Shown here: positions 18,901 to 27,799 of the stretch, piece by piece
How positions within the stretch are numbered: position 1 is the first letter of the stretch
Layout of the letters: each line of letters begins with the position of its first letter
DNA from: Haloferax volcanii DS2
GTDB lineage: Archaea > Halobacteriota > Halobacteria > Halobacteriales > Haloferacaceae
Assembly (NCBI RefSeq): GCF_000025685.1
Contig: NC_013966.1
Location: 330,001-362,000, forward strand
Length of the DNA: 32,000 nt
Reading direction: 5' to 3'
The notes under the pieces: model-generated
What the model saw: only the letters and a program-made list of their open reading frames with translations
Databases searched by the model: none
What the model was told of the DNA's origin: nothing
Translations under genes and position numbers: made by a program

Positions 18901-19796
18901 TCTATCGCCTCCACTTTGGGGTCGAGCACGTCACGCAGTCCGTCGCCGAGCATGTTGAACCCGACGACGGCGATGCCGATAGCCAGCGCTGGGAACAGCA
19001 ACATCCACGGCGCGGTCTGCATGAAGCCGCGACCGGTGTTGATCATCAGCCCCCACGACGGCCGCGGCGGTTGCGCGCCGAGGCCGAGGAACGACAGGCT
19101 CGCCTCCGCGAGGATGGCGAACGAGACGTTCAGCGACCCCTGAACCAGCATGGGCGCCATACAGTTCGGGAACACCTCGCTGAAGACGATGCGCGAGTCG
19201 CTCTCGCCGCGGGCGATTGCGGCCTCGACGTACGCCTCGTTGCGCTCGGCCAGCGCCGCGCTCCGCGAGACGCGGGCGATGTACGGCGTGTAGACGAACG
19301 CGAGCGCGATGACGACGTTACTCAACTCCGGGCCGAGAACGACCAAGAGCGTGAGCGCGAGCAACACCGGCGGGAACGCCATCGCGGCGTCCATGACGCG
19401 CATCAGTATCTCGTCGGTTAACCCGCCGGCGTAGCCGGCGACGACACCGACGACGGCCCCGACGGCGAGCGCGCCGGAGATAGCTCCGAAGCCGACGTAC
19501 AGCGAGATGCGGCTTCCCATGACGACGCGGCTGAAGATGTCGCGGCCGAGGTCGTCGGTGCCGAACGGGTGTTCGACCGACGGGGCCTGCGAGCGGTCTT
19601 CGATGTTCGTCGCGTCGATGGGGTACGGCGCGATAACCGGCGCGAAAATGGCGACGAGTACGAGCAGCACCACGATGGAGAAGCCGAGCATCGCCTTCGT
19701 GTTACTGCGGAACTTCCGGACGAACCGGGCGATGCGGTCGCGCTGTGACTGCGTGATGGTGAAGCGACCGCGGTCGGTCTCCTGTTCGGTCGCCAT
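18897..19796 (-). CDS. ABC importer permease (DppC/OppC-like)
   Basis: 299 aa, multi-TM, BPD-transporter-like core (...[31 protein letters not shown]...). Overlaps both neighbours by 1-4 nt. Confidence 0.9.
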   Translation of the reverse strand: MATEQETDRGRFTITQSQRDRIARFVRKFRSNTKAMLGFSIVVLLVLVAIFAPVIAPYPIDATNIEDRSQAPSVEHPFGTDDLGRDIFSRVVMGSRISLYVGFGAISGALAVGAVVGVVAGYAGGLTDEILMRVMDAAMAFPPVLLALTLLVVLGPELSNVVIALAFVYTPYIARVSRSAALAERNEAYVEAAIARGESDSRIVFSEVFPNCMAPMLVQGSLNVSFAILAEASLSFLGLGAQPPRPSWGLMINTGRGFMQTAPWMLLFPALAIGIAVVGFNMLGDGLRDVLDPKVEAIE

Positions 19797-20755
19797 CAGT
19801 CGTCACCTCCGTAGCGGATGCGCGGGTCGAAGTACGCGTACAGCAGGTCTGCGGCGAAGTTCGAGAACATGTAGATAAGTGCGACCACGAGGATGCACCC
19901 CTGAATCAAGGGGATATCGCGGCTCTGAATCGCGGTCAGCGTCAGCCGACCGATGCCGGGCCAGAAGAACACCTCTTCTAACACGACGACCCCGCCGAAC
20001 GCGTAGCTGAACTGGAACGCGATGACCGTGATGACGGGGATGATTGCGTTCTTGAGCGCGTGTCTGAGGACGATGACCCGTTGGCTCATCCCCTTCGCAC
20101 GCGCGAGATTGATGTACTCCTCGCTCAGCACCTCCAGCATCGACGACCGGGTCATCCGCATGATGTAGGCGGTGAGCGCGAAGCCCATCGCCCCCGCGGG
20201 GAGGACGAGTCGCGTGAGCGACCCGACGAGGTCATCGCTCGGGGAGACGTACCCCCCGGTCGGAAAGAGGTTCAGCCAGACGGCGAACACCAGGATGAAC
20301 ACCAGCCCCCACAGGAAGATGGGCATCGAGATGCCGACGAAGGCGAACATCGAAGCGCTCACGTCGGGCGCTTCGTTCTGGTTGACGGCGGCGTAGACGC
20401 CGAGCGGCACCGACAGCACGACGGCGACGAGCGTCGCGGCGACCGCGAGCATCATCGACCGGGGAAGCCGCTCGGCGATGAGCTGTGCCACGGGCTCACC
20501 GAACCGGAGCGATTCGCCCATATTCCCCTGGAGGAGCCCGACGACCCAGTCGATGTACTGCACGTACAGCGGGCGGTTGAGTCCCAGTTGGGTTTGGAGC
20601 GCTTCGAGCGATTGTTCGGTCGCGTTGGGGCCCAAGATGAGCAGGGCCACGTCACCGGGCAGGATGTTGGTGACGGCGAAGGCGATGAGCGTGACGAAAA
20701 ACAGCGTCACCGCCATGAACCCGACGCGCCGAACGACGTAGTTGTACATCGACAT
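19796..20755 (-). CDS. ABC importer permease (DppB/OppB-like)
   Basis: 319 aa. N-terminus MSMYNYVVRRVGFMAVTLFFVTLIAFAVTNILPGD and EEYINLARAKGMSQRVIVLRHALKNA are typical of DppB-type permeases. Confidence 0.9.
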   Translation of the reverse strand: MSMYNYVVRRVGFMAVTLFFVTLIAFAVTNILPGDVALLILGPNATEQSLEALQTQLGLNRPLYVQYIDWVVGLLQGNMGESLRFGEPVAQLIAERLPRSMMLAVAATLVAVVLSVPLGVYAAVNQNEAPDVSASMFAFVGISMPIFLWGLVFILVFAVWLNLFPTGGYVSPSDDLVGSLTRLVLPAGAMGFALTAYIMRMTRSSMLEVLSEEYINLARAKGMSQRVIVLRHALKNAIIPVITVIAFQFSYAFGGVVVLEEVFFWPGIGRLTLTAIQSRDIPLIQGCILVVALIYMFSNFAADLLYAYFDPRIRYGGDD

Positions 20756-20770
20756 TGTGTGGAATCTCTG

Positions 20771-22444
20771 TTAGCGGTCGAGCCAGTTGTCTCCGAACTG
20801 GAGCGTCGACCCGTCGGGCGCGCCGATATCGCCTTTGTACTGCGAGGCGGCCCCGTAGAGACTCGGCTGCCACCACAGGAAGAGGTGGCCGGCGCGCTCC
20901 TCGTGGAGAATCTCCGTCGCCTGGTGGTAGAGGTCGGCGCGCTCCTGTTCGTCGTAGATGGTGCGGGCCTCCTCGACGAGCGCGTTGTAGTCCTCGTTCA
21001 CCCAGTTGGTGAAGAAGAACGCCCCGTTGGGGTGCAGGAACTTGTAGAACGACACGTCGGGGTACCAGAGCGCGAGGTAGGAGCTCGTCGTCGCCTGGAA
21101 GTCGCGGTTGGAGTAGACGTCCGAGAGCCACGTGCTCCACGTAATCTGCTGGATTTCGAGGTTGATGCCGACCTCGGCGGCGTCGGCGGCGATGACCTCC
21201 GCGGCCTGCACCTGCGTCGGGTAGGACTGCGGAATCTTGAACGTCGCCGTGAAGCCGTCGGACATACCGGCGGCGTCGAGGTGCTCTTGGGCCTTGTCGA
21301 GGTCACGCGGGCGCGGCTCGATGTCCGGGTTGACCCACGGACTGCCGGGCGTCGCCGGGGACGCGGTGGTCTGGCCGGTGCCGTAGAGGGCCGCTTCAGC
21401 GACCTTCTCCTTGTCGATGGTGTAATCGAGCGCGAGGCGGGCGTCCTTGTTGTCGAACGGGGCCACGTCGCAGTTCAGGCCGAGGTAGACGAGCGATTTC
21501 GGGAACTGCTTCTCGAATCGAACGTCGGGGGCCTGCTCGACGCGAGAGACGTCCTTCGGCGCGATGCCGTTGATGAAGTCGTACTCGCCGGCGAGGAACG
21601 ACTGGAGGCGGACGCTCGGGTCCGGCATCTCGCTCTTGACGATGGTGTCGATGAACGGGCCGTCCTCGTCGGACGCGCCCCAGTAGTCCTCGTTGCGCGA
21701 CATCGTGAACGAGGTCTCGATTTCGCGGCTCTCGAACACGTACGGACCGGTCCCGATGGGTTCTTCGACCATGTCCTTCTCGGCGTTCTCGGCGGGCATG
21801 ACCGACAGCTCCGCCGTCGCCATCTTGGCGAGGAACGGCGCGAAGGGTTCGGTGAGTTGGACTTCGAAGGTGTAGTCGTCGGGGGCGCGAAGCTCCTCGA
21901 CGTAGTCGAAGAAGCCGGTGGCGAGGTAGTCGCCGTTCTGGACGCGCTCGTAGCTCGCCAGCACGTCCTCGGAGGTCATCTCCTTGCCGTTGTGGAAGGT
22001 GACGCCCTGCCGGAGGTTGAACGTCAGGAGCGTGTTGTCGTCGGACTGCTCCATCGACTCCGCGAGGTGCGGTTCGATGGAGTAGTCGTCCTGCAGCGCG
22101 ACGACTTCCTCGTAGATGTTTTCAAGAACGCGCTTCGAGGCCGCGGAGGTGTCGATGTGCGGGTCGAGACCCTGCACCGGCACCGCGCCGCCCCACTGGA
22201 GCGTGCCACCCTGCTTCCCGCCGCTCGCGGCGGTCGTCTCGGTGCTCTCCGTGTCGTCGCTTCCACCCGAGGACCCCGAATCTTCGGTCGTGCTGTCGTC
22301 CGAACCGCCGCCCGTACACCCGGCGAGCGCCGCCGCGCCGGTCGTCGCCGCCGCCCCGAGGAAGGTACGGCGGTCGAAACGACTGCGACGCGTGCCGTCG
22401 CCGGTGCTGTCGGAGGAGTCGCTCCCCTTGCCATTCTCTTGCAT
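20771..22444 (-). CDS. ABC importer substrate-binding lipoprotein (family 5 SBP, Dpp/Opp class)
   Basis: Start chosen at the ATG at 22444 (MQENGKGS...). Tat motif and lipobox DRRTFLGAAATTGAAALAGC, a Ser/Thr/Gly/Asp-rich linker, then a long family-5 SBP-like body. Confidence 0.9.
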   Translation of the reverse strand: MQENGKGSDSSDSTGDGTRRSRFDRRTFLGAAATTGAAALAGCTGGGSDDSTTEDSGSSGGSDDTESTETTAASGGKQGGTLQWGGAVPVQGLDPHIDTSAASKRVLENIYEEVVALQDDYSIEPHLAESMEQSDDNTLLTFNLRQGVTFHNGKEMTSEDVLASYERVQNGDYLATGFFDYVEELRAPDDYTFEVQLTEPFAPFLAKMATAELSVMPAENAEKDMVEEPIGTGPYVFESREIETSFTMSRNEDYWGASDEDGPFIDTIVKSEMPDPSVRLQSFLAGEYDFINGIAPKDVSRVEQAPDVRFEKQFPKSLVYLGLNCDVAPFDNKDARLALDYTIDKEKVAEAALYGTGQTTASPATPGSPWVNPDIEPRPRDLDKAQEHLDAAGMSDGFTATFKIPQSYPTQVQAAEVIAADAAEVGINLEIQQITWSTWLSDVYSNRDFQATTSSYLALWYPDVSFYKFLHPNGAFFFTNWVNEDYNALVEEARTIYDEQERADLYHQATEILHEERAGHLFLWWQPSLYGAASQYKGDIGAPDGSTLQFGDNWLDR

Positions 22445-22470
22445 ACAGTCGCCCAAATCCGTTACTGTGT

Positions 22471-22478
22471 GATAAAAA
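22471..22478 (-). promoter_or_regulatory. TATA-like element for the ABC importer operon
   Basis: The - strand reads ACAATTTTTATC, about 27-35 nt upstream of the ATG at 22444 (leaderless spacing). Confidence 0.4.
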
Positions 22479-22823
22479 TTGTGGTTGTGTGAGTACAATC
22501 ATCATATCGAGACGAGAGAGGTGTAACACCAGATACCATTTCGAGCGCCGGACGAGAGGGAACTGTGGAATGACCAATTCCCCCCGGTCACGTCCGGGAT
22601 TACTCCCAGAACGTCAACCCACCTCCCCACAGGCGACGGTCCAAATCGACGACCCGACGACGGCCCGCAGGTCGGTCGCGAGCGACCGAGCCGTGCCGAC
22701 AGGCGTCTTCGAGCGACATGGTAGGGGCAGAGTCCGAGAACCCACATCCAGCGTACCGTGCCTGCTGATTTCGGAGAGTGCGCGACTGGCCGGTACTGTC
22801 ATGCATGTGACCGAATTCCAAAC

Positions 22824-22831
22824 AATAAAAT
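22824..22831 (+). promoter_or_regulatory. TATA-like element for the M20 hydrolase gene
   Basis: ACAATAAAATAG, about 29 nt upstream of the ATG at 22857 (leaderless spacing). Confidence 0.4.
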
Positions 22832-22856
22832 AGGGTGAGTCCCGAATCCGGGAACC

Positions 22857-24104
22857 ATGCGAGTCAATCAGCAGCGACTCCGCAGCGACATCGAGTCGAA
22901 CGCGGAGTTCGGGGCCGTCCCGACGGACGAGGGTCGGGGGCGGACGGTCCTGACCGGCAGCGAGGCGGACCGGCGGGCGAGAGAGTTCTTCTGCGAGCGC
23001 CTCCGGGACGCCGGTCTCTCCATCACCATCGACGAGGTCGGCAACATCGTCGGCCGATGGGAACCCGAGAGCGCGGACCCCGACGCGGCCCCCGTCGCCA
23101 CGGGGAGCCACCTCGATTCGGTCCCCGAGGGCGGCATCTTCGACGGCCCGCTCGGCGTCTACGCGGGGCTGGAGAGCGTCCGCGCGATGCAGGACGCCGG
23201 CGTCGAGCCGGTCCGCCCCGTCGAGGTCGTCAACTTCACCGAGGAGGAGGGCCAGCGGTTCGGCGGCGGCCTCATCGGGTCGGCGGTCGCCGTCGGGGAA
23301 CTGGGCGTCGCGGAGGCGCTCGATATCGAGGACGACGACGGGATTCCGCTCGGTGACGCCCTCGCGGACATCGGCTACCGGGGCGACGGGCGCGTCGACG
23401 CCGCCGACTGGGACGCGTGGATAGAGCTCCACATCGAGCAGTCAGAGCGCCTCGAAGACGCGGCGGTCCCGGCCGGCGTCGTCACGAGCATCGTCGGCCT
23501 CTCGCGCTGTGCCGTCGAAATCACGGGTGAGGCCGACCACGCGGGGTCGACGCTCATGGGCGACCGCTCGGACGCGCTCGCCGCCGCCAGCGAGTTCGTC
23601 CTCGACGTGGAGCGCGCGACGAACGAGCGCGGCGAGGTCTCGGAGACCGCGGTCGGAACCGTCGGCAAACTCGAAGTCTCGCCGAACGCGCCCAACGTCA
23701 TCGCCGGGCAGGTCGACCTGACCGTCGACATCCGCGACGTGGCGTACGACTCCATCGAGTACGTCATCGACGAGGCGGAAGCGAGCCTCGACCGCATCGA
23801 GGCCGAACGGCCGGTCGGGGCCGCGCTCTCGCACCCGTGGGACCGCAAGCCCGTCGAGATGAGCGAGCGCTGCCGCGCCGCGCTCCACGACGCCGGGACC
23901 GACGCCGACCTCGACACCCTCGACCTCCACTCCGGGGCCGGCCACGACACCATGCACGTCGCGGCCGTCACGGACGCCGCGCTGCTCTTTGCCCCCTCCC
24001 GCGACGGCATCTCGCACAACCCCCGCGAGTGGACCGACTGGGAGGACTGCGCCGACGCGACCCGTGTGCTCGCCGGCGCGCTCGCCGACCTCGCGACCGA
24101 GTGA
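22857..24104 (+). CDS. M20-family amidohydrolase (allantoate amidohydrolase / N-carbamoyl-L-amino-acid hydrolase type)
   Basis: 415 aa. The ...VATGSHLDSVPEGGIFDGPLGV... metal-binding block and ...GEADHAGSTLM... are as I recall for AmaB/AllC-type enzymes. Confidence 0.9.
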   Translation: MRVNQQRLRSDIESNAEFGAVPTDEGRGRTVLTGSEADRRAREFFCERLRDAGLSITIDEVGNIVGRWEPESADPDAAPVATGSHLDSVPEGGIFDGPLGVYAGLESVRAMQDAGVEPVRPVEVVNFTEEEGQRFGGGLIGSAVAVGELGVAEALDIEDDDGIPLGDALADIGYRGDGRVDAADWDAWIELHIEQSERLEDAAVPAGVVTSIVGLSRCAVEITGEADHAGSTLMGDRSDALAAASEFVLDVERATNERGEVSETAVGTVGKLEVSPNAPNVIAGQVDLTVDIRDVAYDSIEYVIDEAEASLDRIEAERPVGAALSHPWDRKPVEMSERCRAALHDAGTDADLDTLDLHSGAGHDTMHVAAVTDAALLFAPSRDGISHNPREWTDWEDCADATRVLAGALADLATE

Positions 24105-24528
24105 CGAAACCGCCCGGCCGACGACTGTCGCATTCGACTCTGTTCTCGACGCCGGTTTCGACTCCGTCCTCCGAAGCCCGCTCTGTCGGCACGTTCGACT
24201 CGACTGCCACCGGTATCTCCGCGCCGAGCGCGTCGTCGAAACGCTCGCCGGGACGAAGCAGGAATCTCTCGTTAGAGCCATCAACGCCCGCCTTTACTCG
24301 CGATTCGCCGTGAGACGACCCGCTCGAGACACCGCGATGTTTGTACAATGAGAACACGAGACCTAAGTAGTCGGTTTCGTCTATTTCAGCGCCTTTTTAG
24401 GCGGTATTCGTAGCTATAGCTCTTCGAATTACGCCACTTTGCGGCAATATCTGCTAATTTCGTGCTCGTACAGAAGTGACCGTTCGTCAAATACAAACAC
24501 ATATGGCTTCGGGCCTTCGAACTGGACT

Positions 24529-25344
24529 ATGGCAGACGAACACACGACCGGTTCGCCGCGGACCCTGAAGACGGTGTCTCGTGCGTTCGATGTCGTTCGG
24601 GCGCTCGAGGAGTTAGACGGCGCACGAGTGACGGAGTTGGCGAATCACCTCGACCTCTCGAAGAGCGTCGTCTACAACTACCTGAGCACGCTTCGAGCCG
24701 AGAAGTTCGTCGTGAAGGAAGAAGACACCTACCGGCTGTCGCTACAGTTTCTCCTCGTGGGCGAGTACGTCCGGTACCAGAACATCCTCTACCGCATCGG
24801 CAAGCCCGAAATCGAGGAACTCGCGGAGAAGACCGGCGAGTACGCGCATCTGGCGACCGAACAGCACGGACTGGGCGTCAATCTCTACAAGGTGAGCGGC
24901 GAGAAGGCCGTCGGGAGCGACTACCAGGTGAACAAGCTCCAGCGCGCCGACTACCTCCACTTCTCGGCGACGGGGAAGGCGATTCTCGCGCACCTCCCGA
25001 AAGAGCGCGTCGAGTGGATTATCGACCAGTACGGGCTGCCGGGCAAGACCGAGGCGACCATCACGACCCGCGAGGAGCTTTTCGAGGAGTTGGAGACGAT
25101 TCGCGACCGGGGCTACTCGCTCAACGACGAGGAGGAAATCAAGGGCCTGCAGGCAATCGGCGCGCCGGTGACGAACCGCCACGGACGCGTCCTCGGCTCC
25201 ATCAGCGTCTCCGGGCCCGTCCGCCGGATGAAACAGCCCGAGTACCACGAACAACTCATCGAGAGCGTCGTCAACACCGCCAACGTCATCGAGGTCAACG
25301 TCAACATGGAGGAGTCAGACGACGACTTCCCGACGTTCAGTTAG
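24529..25344 (+). CDS. IclR family transcriptional regulator
   Basis: Start at the ATG at 24529 (MADEHTTGSPRTLKTVSRAFDVVRAL...). HTH VTELANHLDLSKSVVYNYLSTLRAEKFV plus an IclR effector domain (SATGKAILAHL, GYSLNDEEEIKGLQAIGAPV). Confidence 0.85.
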   Translation: MADEHTTGSPRTLKTVSRAFDVVRALEELDGARVTELANHLDLSKSVVYNYLSTLRAEKFVVKEEDTYRLSLQFLLVGEYVRYQNILYRIGKPEIEELAEKTGEYAHLATEQHGLGVNLYKVSGEKAVGSDYQVNKLQRADYLHFSATGKAILAHLPKERVEWIIDQYGLPGKTEATITTREELFEELETIRDRGYSLNDEEEIKGLQAIGAPVTNRHGRVLGSISVSGPVRRMKQPEYHEQLIESVVNTANVIEVNVNMEESDDDFPTFS

Positions 25345-26100
25345 TCGGGCCGCGTCGCCCCCAACGCACCCACGATACCACCTCACGTCGACCGCGCTAC
25401 GACACGGTTCACAAACGGAGAACCGATGGTCTCGGCCGAGTCGCGGGCAAGTCGGAGACCACGTCCGGCCCGACCGACGGACCGAACGACTCGCCTGTCC
25501 CCGAATCTCGGCGTTGTGCTGTTGAAGCCGCACTCGCAAACCCGAGACGGTTCGTCGGCCGAGATTGACGGTCTCGAACGTCGAACGGTCTACGCACCCC
25601 GAAAAGTTGCGAGAACAAAACATCGGAGAGGCAACAGACAACGATGAGCATCGCCAAGTATTGACCATATATGGACACAAAATCCCCGTCAGTTAGTGAA
25701 AGTCCATCGATACGCCACATCGCGTCTAGTTCTGCGTATTTTTCGTCGCACCCGATACGCCTCACCGAAGGGGTCGGCAACGACTAGCGCCCGTCAGACA
25801 ACCTACCCCGTATTACAGGGTTACTGATGTAATAGGAATGCGCACGTCTACCGCAGGTCGGGCGTCCTTCGCGGACGACTGAACCGAGCCGAACGAGTCG
25901 CCGACGGGAAGGCGCTCCGCACCGACAGAGTGGGGCGGGGCGGGCGAGTCAGAGATAGTCGTCCGACCAAGATAATAATTTGATTATTTTGCAATATCGA
26001 GTACTTTCGAACCGACCGTGGGTTGTAACCAAAATTCACTCGGAATCAACGCTCGGTAGAGCCAACTCAAATCTCGATTCTGAAGCCCTAAAACCCCCGA

Positions 26101-26154
26101 ACAATGTACAATTTGTGAAAATTGTAGAAATTGTATACATTCTAAATGCTGTGG
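26101..26154. repeat. degenerate 9-bp tandem repeat array (consensus AAATTGTAN)
   Basis: Six units read in register: acaatgtac / aatttgtga / aaattgtag / aaattgtat / acattctaa / atgctgtgg. Further copies are aaattgtac at 26172-26180 and aaatagtac at 26192-26200. Confidence 0.7.
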
Positions 26155-26249
26155 GCGCTCTTTGGACGGTCAAATTGTACCGTGACGGTTGAAATAGTAC
26201 TACAATAGTGCTCCGTGGCGATCCGGAAGTGTTCGAGGGCGAGCCGTCC

Positions 26250-27006
26250 TCACTCCGGGTCGCCAGTACCGTCGGCGTCGTCAGGTTCGGGCCCGAGCGG
26301 TCGTCGGACCACGAGCACCGGACCGCCGGTCTGTTCGGCGACTCGGTCGGAGGTCTCGCCGAACAGTCGGCCGCGGAGCGTGGGTTTCTCCTCGCCCATC
26401 ACGACCACGTCGTGGTCGGCCGCGCCCTCGATGAGCGCCTGGAGCGGGTTCTGTGTGACGACGACGACGCGCGAGACGTGCTCGCGGTTGACGCCGAGAA
26501 CGGCCAGGTCGTTCGCGACCTCGTCGAGGAGGGCTTCGCCGTCCGCGACCGCGCCGTCGTCCTGGACGGCGTGGAACAGCGTGAGTTCGACGTCGCCGCG
26601 CTTTCCGACCGCCGCGGCGACCTTGGTAATCGTGTCGAGGTTGATGGCCTCCTTTATCGGAACGATGACGCGGTCGATGGTCGGGGCGGGGTTCGAGAGC
26701 AACACCGCGTCGCACTCCGCCTCCGTGGCGATGCGCTCTGTCGTCTGGTCCATGTCGTGAGTGAACACGAGCCGCGTCTCGACGGTCGCACCCTTCGAAC
26801 ACCGAGACGAGTTCGCCGAGCTCCTCGCGAGCCTTCGGTTCGAACTGCTCTCTGGCCTGTTCGGGGGCCGTCTGCTCGGGAATCTCGTGATACGCGAGGA
26901 TGACGACCGTCGTCCCCGTGAGGAGGTGAATCAGCTGGTCGGGAACCACCTGCCCCTTCAGCACCGCGACGGGGACGAGCACGCGAACGTCGGCGGAGTC
27001 ACGCAT
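26250..27006 (-). pseudogene. tandem-domain universal stress protein (UspA family), frameshifted
   Basis: The N-terminal frame (27006 downward) gives MRDSADVRVLVPVAVLKGQ...ELGELVSVFEG. The C-terminal frame (to 26250) gives ...TVETRLVFTHDMDQTTERI...HDVVVMGEEKPTLRGRLFGETSDRVAEQTGGPVLVV. The two join if one nucleotide is removed from the CCC run at 26791-26793. Confidence 0.7.
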
Positions 27007-27591
27007 CGGTGCTCACCCCCTTCAGGCGCACGTCGCGGGCGTAGGCGAAGTACCACACCAGCGCGGCGAGCGCGACGACGACGCCGACCGCCTGCGAAAG
27101 CGGTTGCATGAACGCGACGAGGCTGAAACTCGCGAGCGCTCCGAGCACGGGGACGACCGGGTAGCCGGGGACGCGGAACGACGGGTCGTACCACGCGGGA
27201 TTCGACCGACGGAGGGCGACGAGCGCCACGCAGATGAGCCCGTAGGTGACGAGATGCAGGAACGACGCGACCTCGGCGAGCACCTCCGTCCGGCCGACCG
27301 CGACGAGGACGACCGTCGGCCCGCCGACGAGCGCGAGCGCGACGTGGGGCCAGCCTGCCCGACGGCGAGACCGGGGAAGACGAAGATACCCGCGCCGACC
27401 ATGGTCCCGATACCGATTGCCAACCCGCCGCGGAGGCCGATTGTTCGCTCCAACTCGGTCCCGCTTTCGAGGACCGTCACCTCGTCGGCCGCGGCACCGA
27501 CGTCGACCGCCGGGTCCGCGTCGCCGACCCCCGGCCCGTCGTCGGGCGGGTCCGCCCCGAGCACCGAACCGCCGTGGTTTCCGTCGGACAT
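26999..27591 (-). pseudogene. APC-superfamily amino-acid permease remnant with a large internal deletion
   Basis: The N-terminal about 81 aa end in TM1 ([30 protein letters not shown]). At about 27343-27350 the reading continues in another frame as [74 protein letters not shown]..., which looks like the last TM helices of such permeases. Roughly the central two thirds of a normal permease is absent. Confidence 0.65.
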
Positions 27592-27659
27592 TGTAGTTAC
27601 CTGTTGTTTCGTCTCCCCAATATATACACTACCCGTCATATTGAGGGCGGGTGGGTTGG

Positions 27660-27687
27660 GCTGCGGGTTCGATTCCCGCCGCCGGCG
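27660..27687 (+). other. orphan tRNA 3' fragment (T-arm plus acceptor 3' strand); putative att site
   Basis: GCGGG-TTCGATT-CCCGC (27663-27679) is a canonical T stem-loop. It is followed by 7 nt CGCCGGC and a discriminator G. No complementary 5' acceptor strand, D-arm or anticodon arm is present upstream. It lies 113 bp upstream of an integrase gene. Confidence 0.6.
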
Positions 27688-27799
27688 CGTCGTCGCCCCC
27701 GACGAGAGAAAGTGTTAATCCGTCCGCGACACGCCCTGCATGCAGAACGATGGCGCACGGAACGCGACGCGGCGGCCGGTTCGGGCGGGGTGAGCCGCG

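Noticed and set aside
16729-19143. 804-aa + strand ORF, and the 423-aa - strand ORF 16721..17992 in another frame
   Set aside because: It is antisense or out of frame to the clearly homologous double ABC ATPase gene (16747..18900). The translations are Arg/Gly/Val/Asp low-complexity with no motifs. Long stop-free antisense frames are expected at this GC content.
20060-22492. 810-aa + strand ORF
   Set aside because: It is antisense to the permease and SBP genes. The composition is Arg/Glu/Gly/Val-rich and repetitive with no recognisable domain, a GC-driven artefact.
22614-24284. - strand ORFs 22614..23432, 23375..24133 and 23442..24284
   Set aside because: All are antisense to the M20 hydrolase gene, with Arg/Ser/Ala-rich low-complexity translations.
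23968-24357. 129-aa - strand ORF whose 5' part is acidic (…ERFDDALGAEIPVAVESNVPTERASEDGVETGVENRVE…) in the GC-rich 24105-24340 spacer
   Set aside because: It would overlap the convergent M20 gene by about 137 bp and then turns Arg-rich. No motif is recognisable. It may hide a small real gene or remnant, but I cannot support it from sequence alone.
25409-25780. 123-aa - strand ORF, plus 25315..25680 (-) and 25426..25647 (+)
   Set aside because: These are mutually overlapping frames with basic, low-complexity products and no homology signal I can recognise. The region is treated as non-coding.
27600-27690. Possibility of a complete tRNA gene ending at 27687
   Set aside because: The 75 nt upstream contain no strand complementary to the CGCCGGC acceptor, no D-arm (GTAGCTCA-type) and no anticodon loop with U33. 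Only the T-arm and acceptor 3' strand are present.
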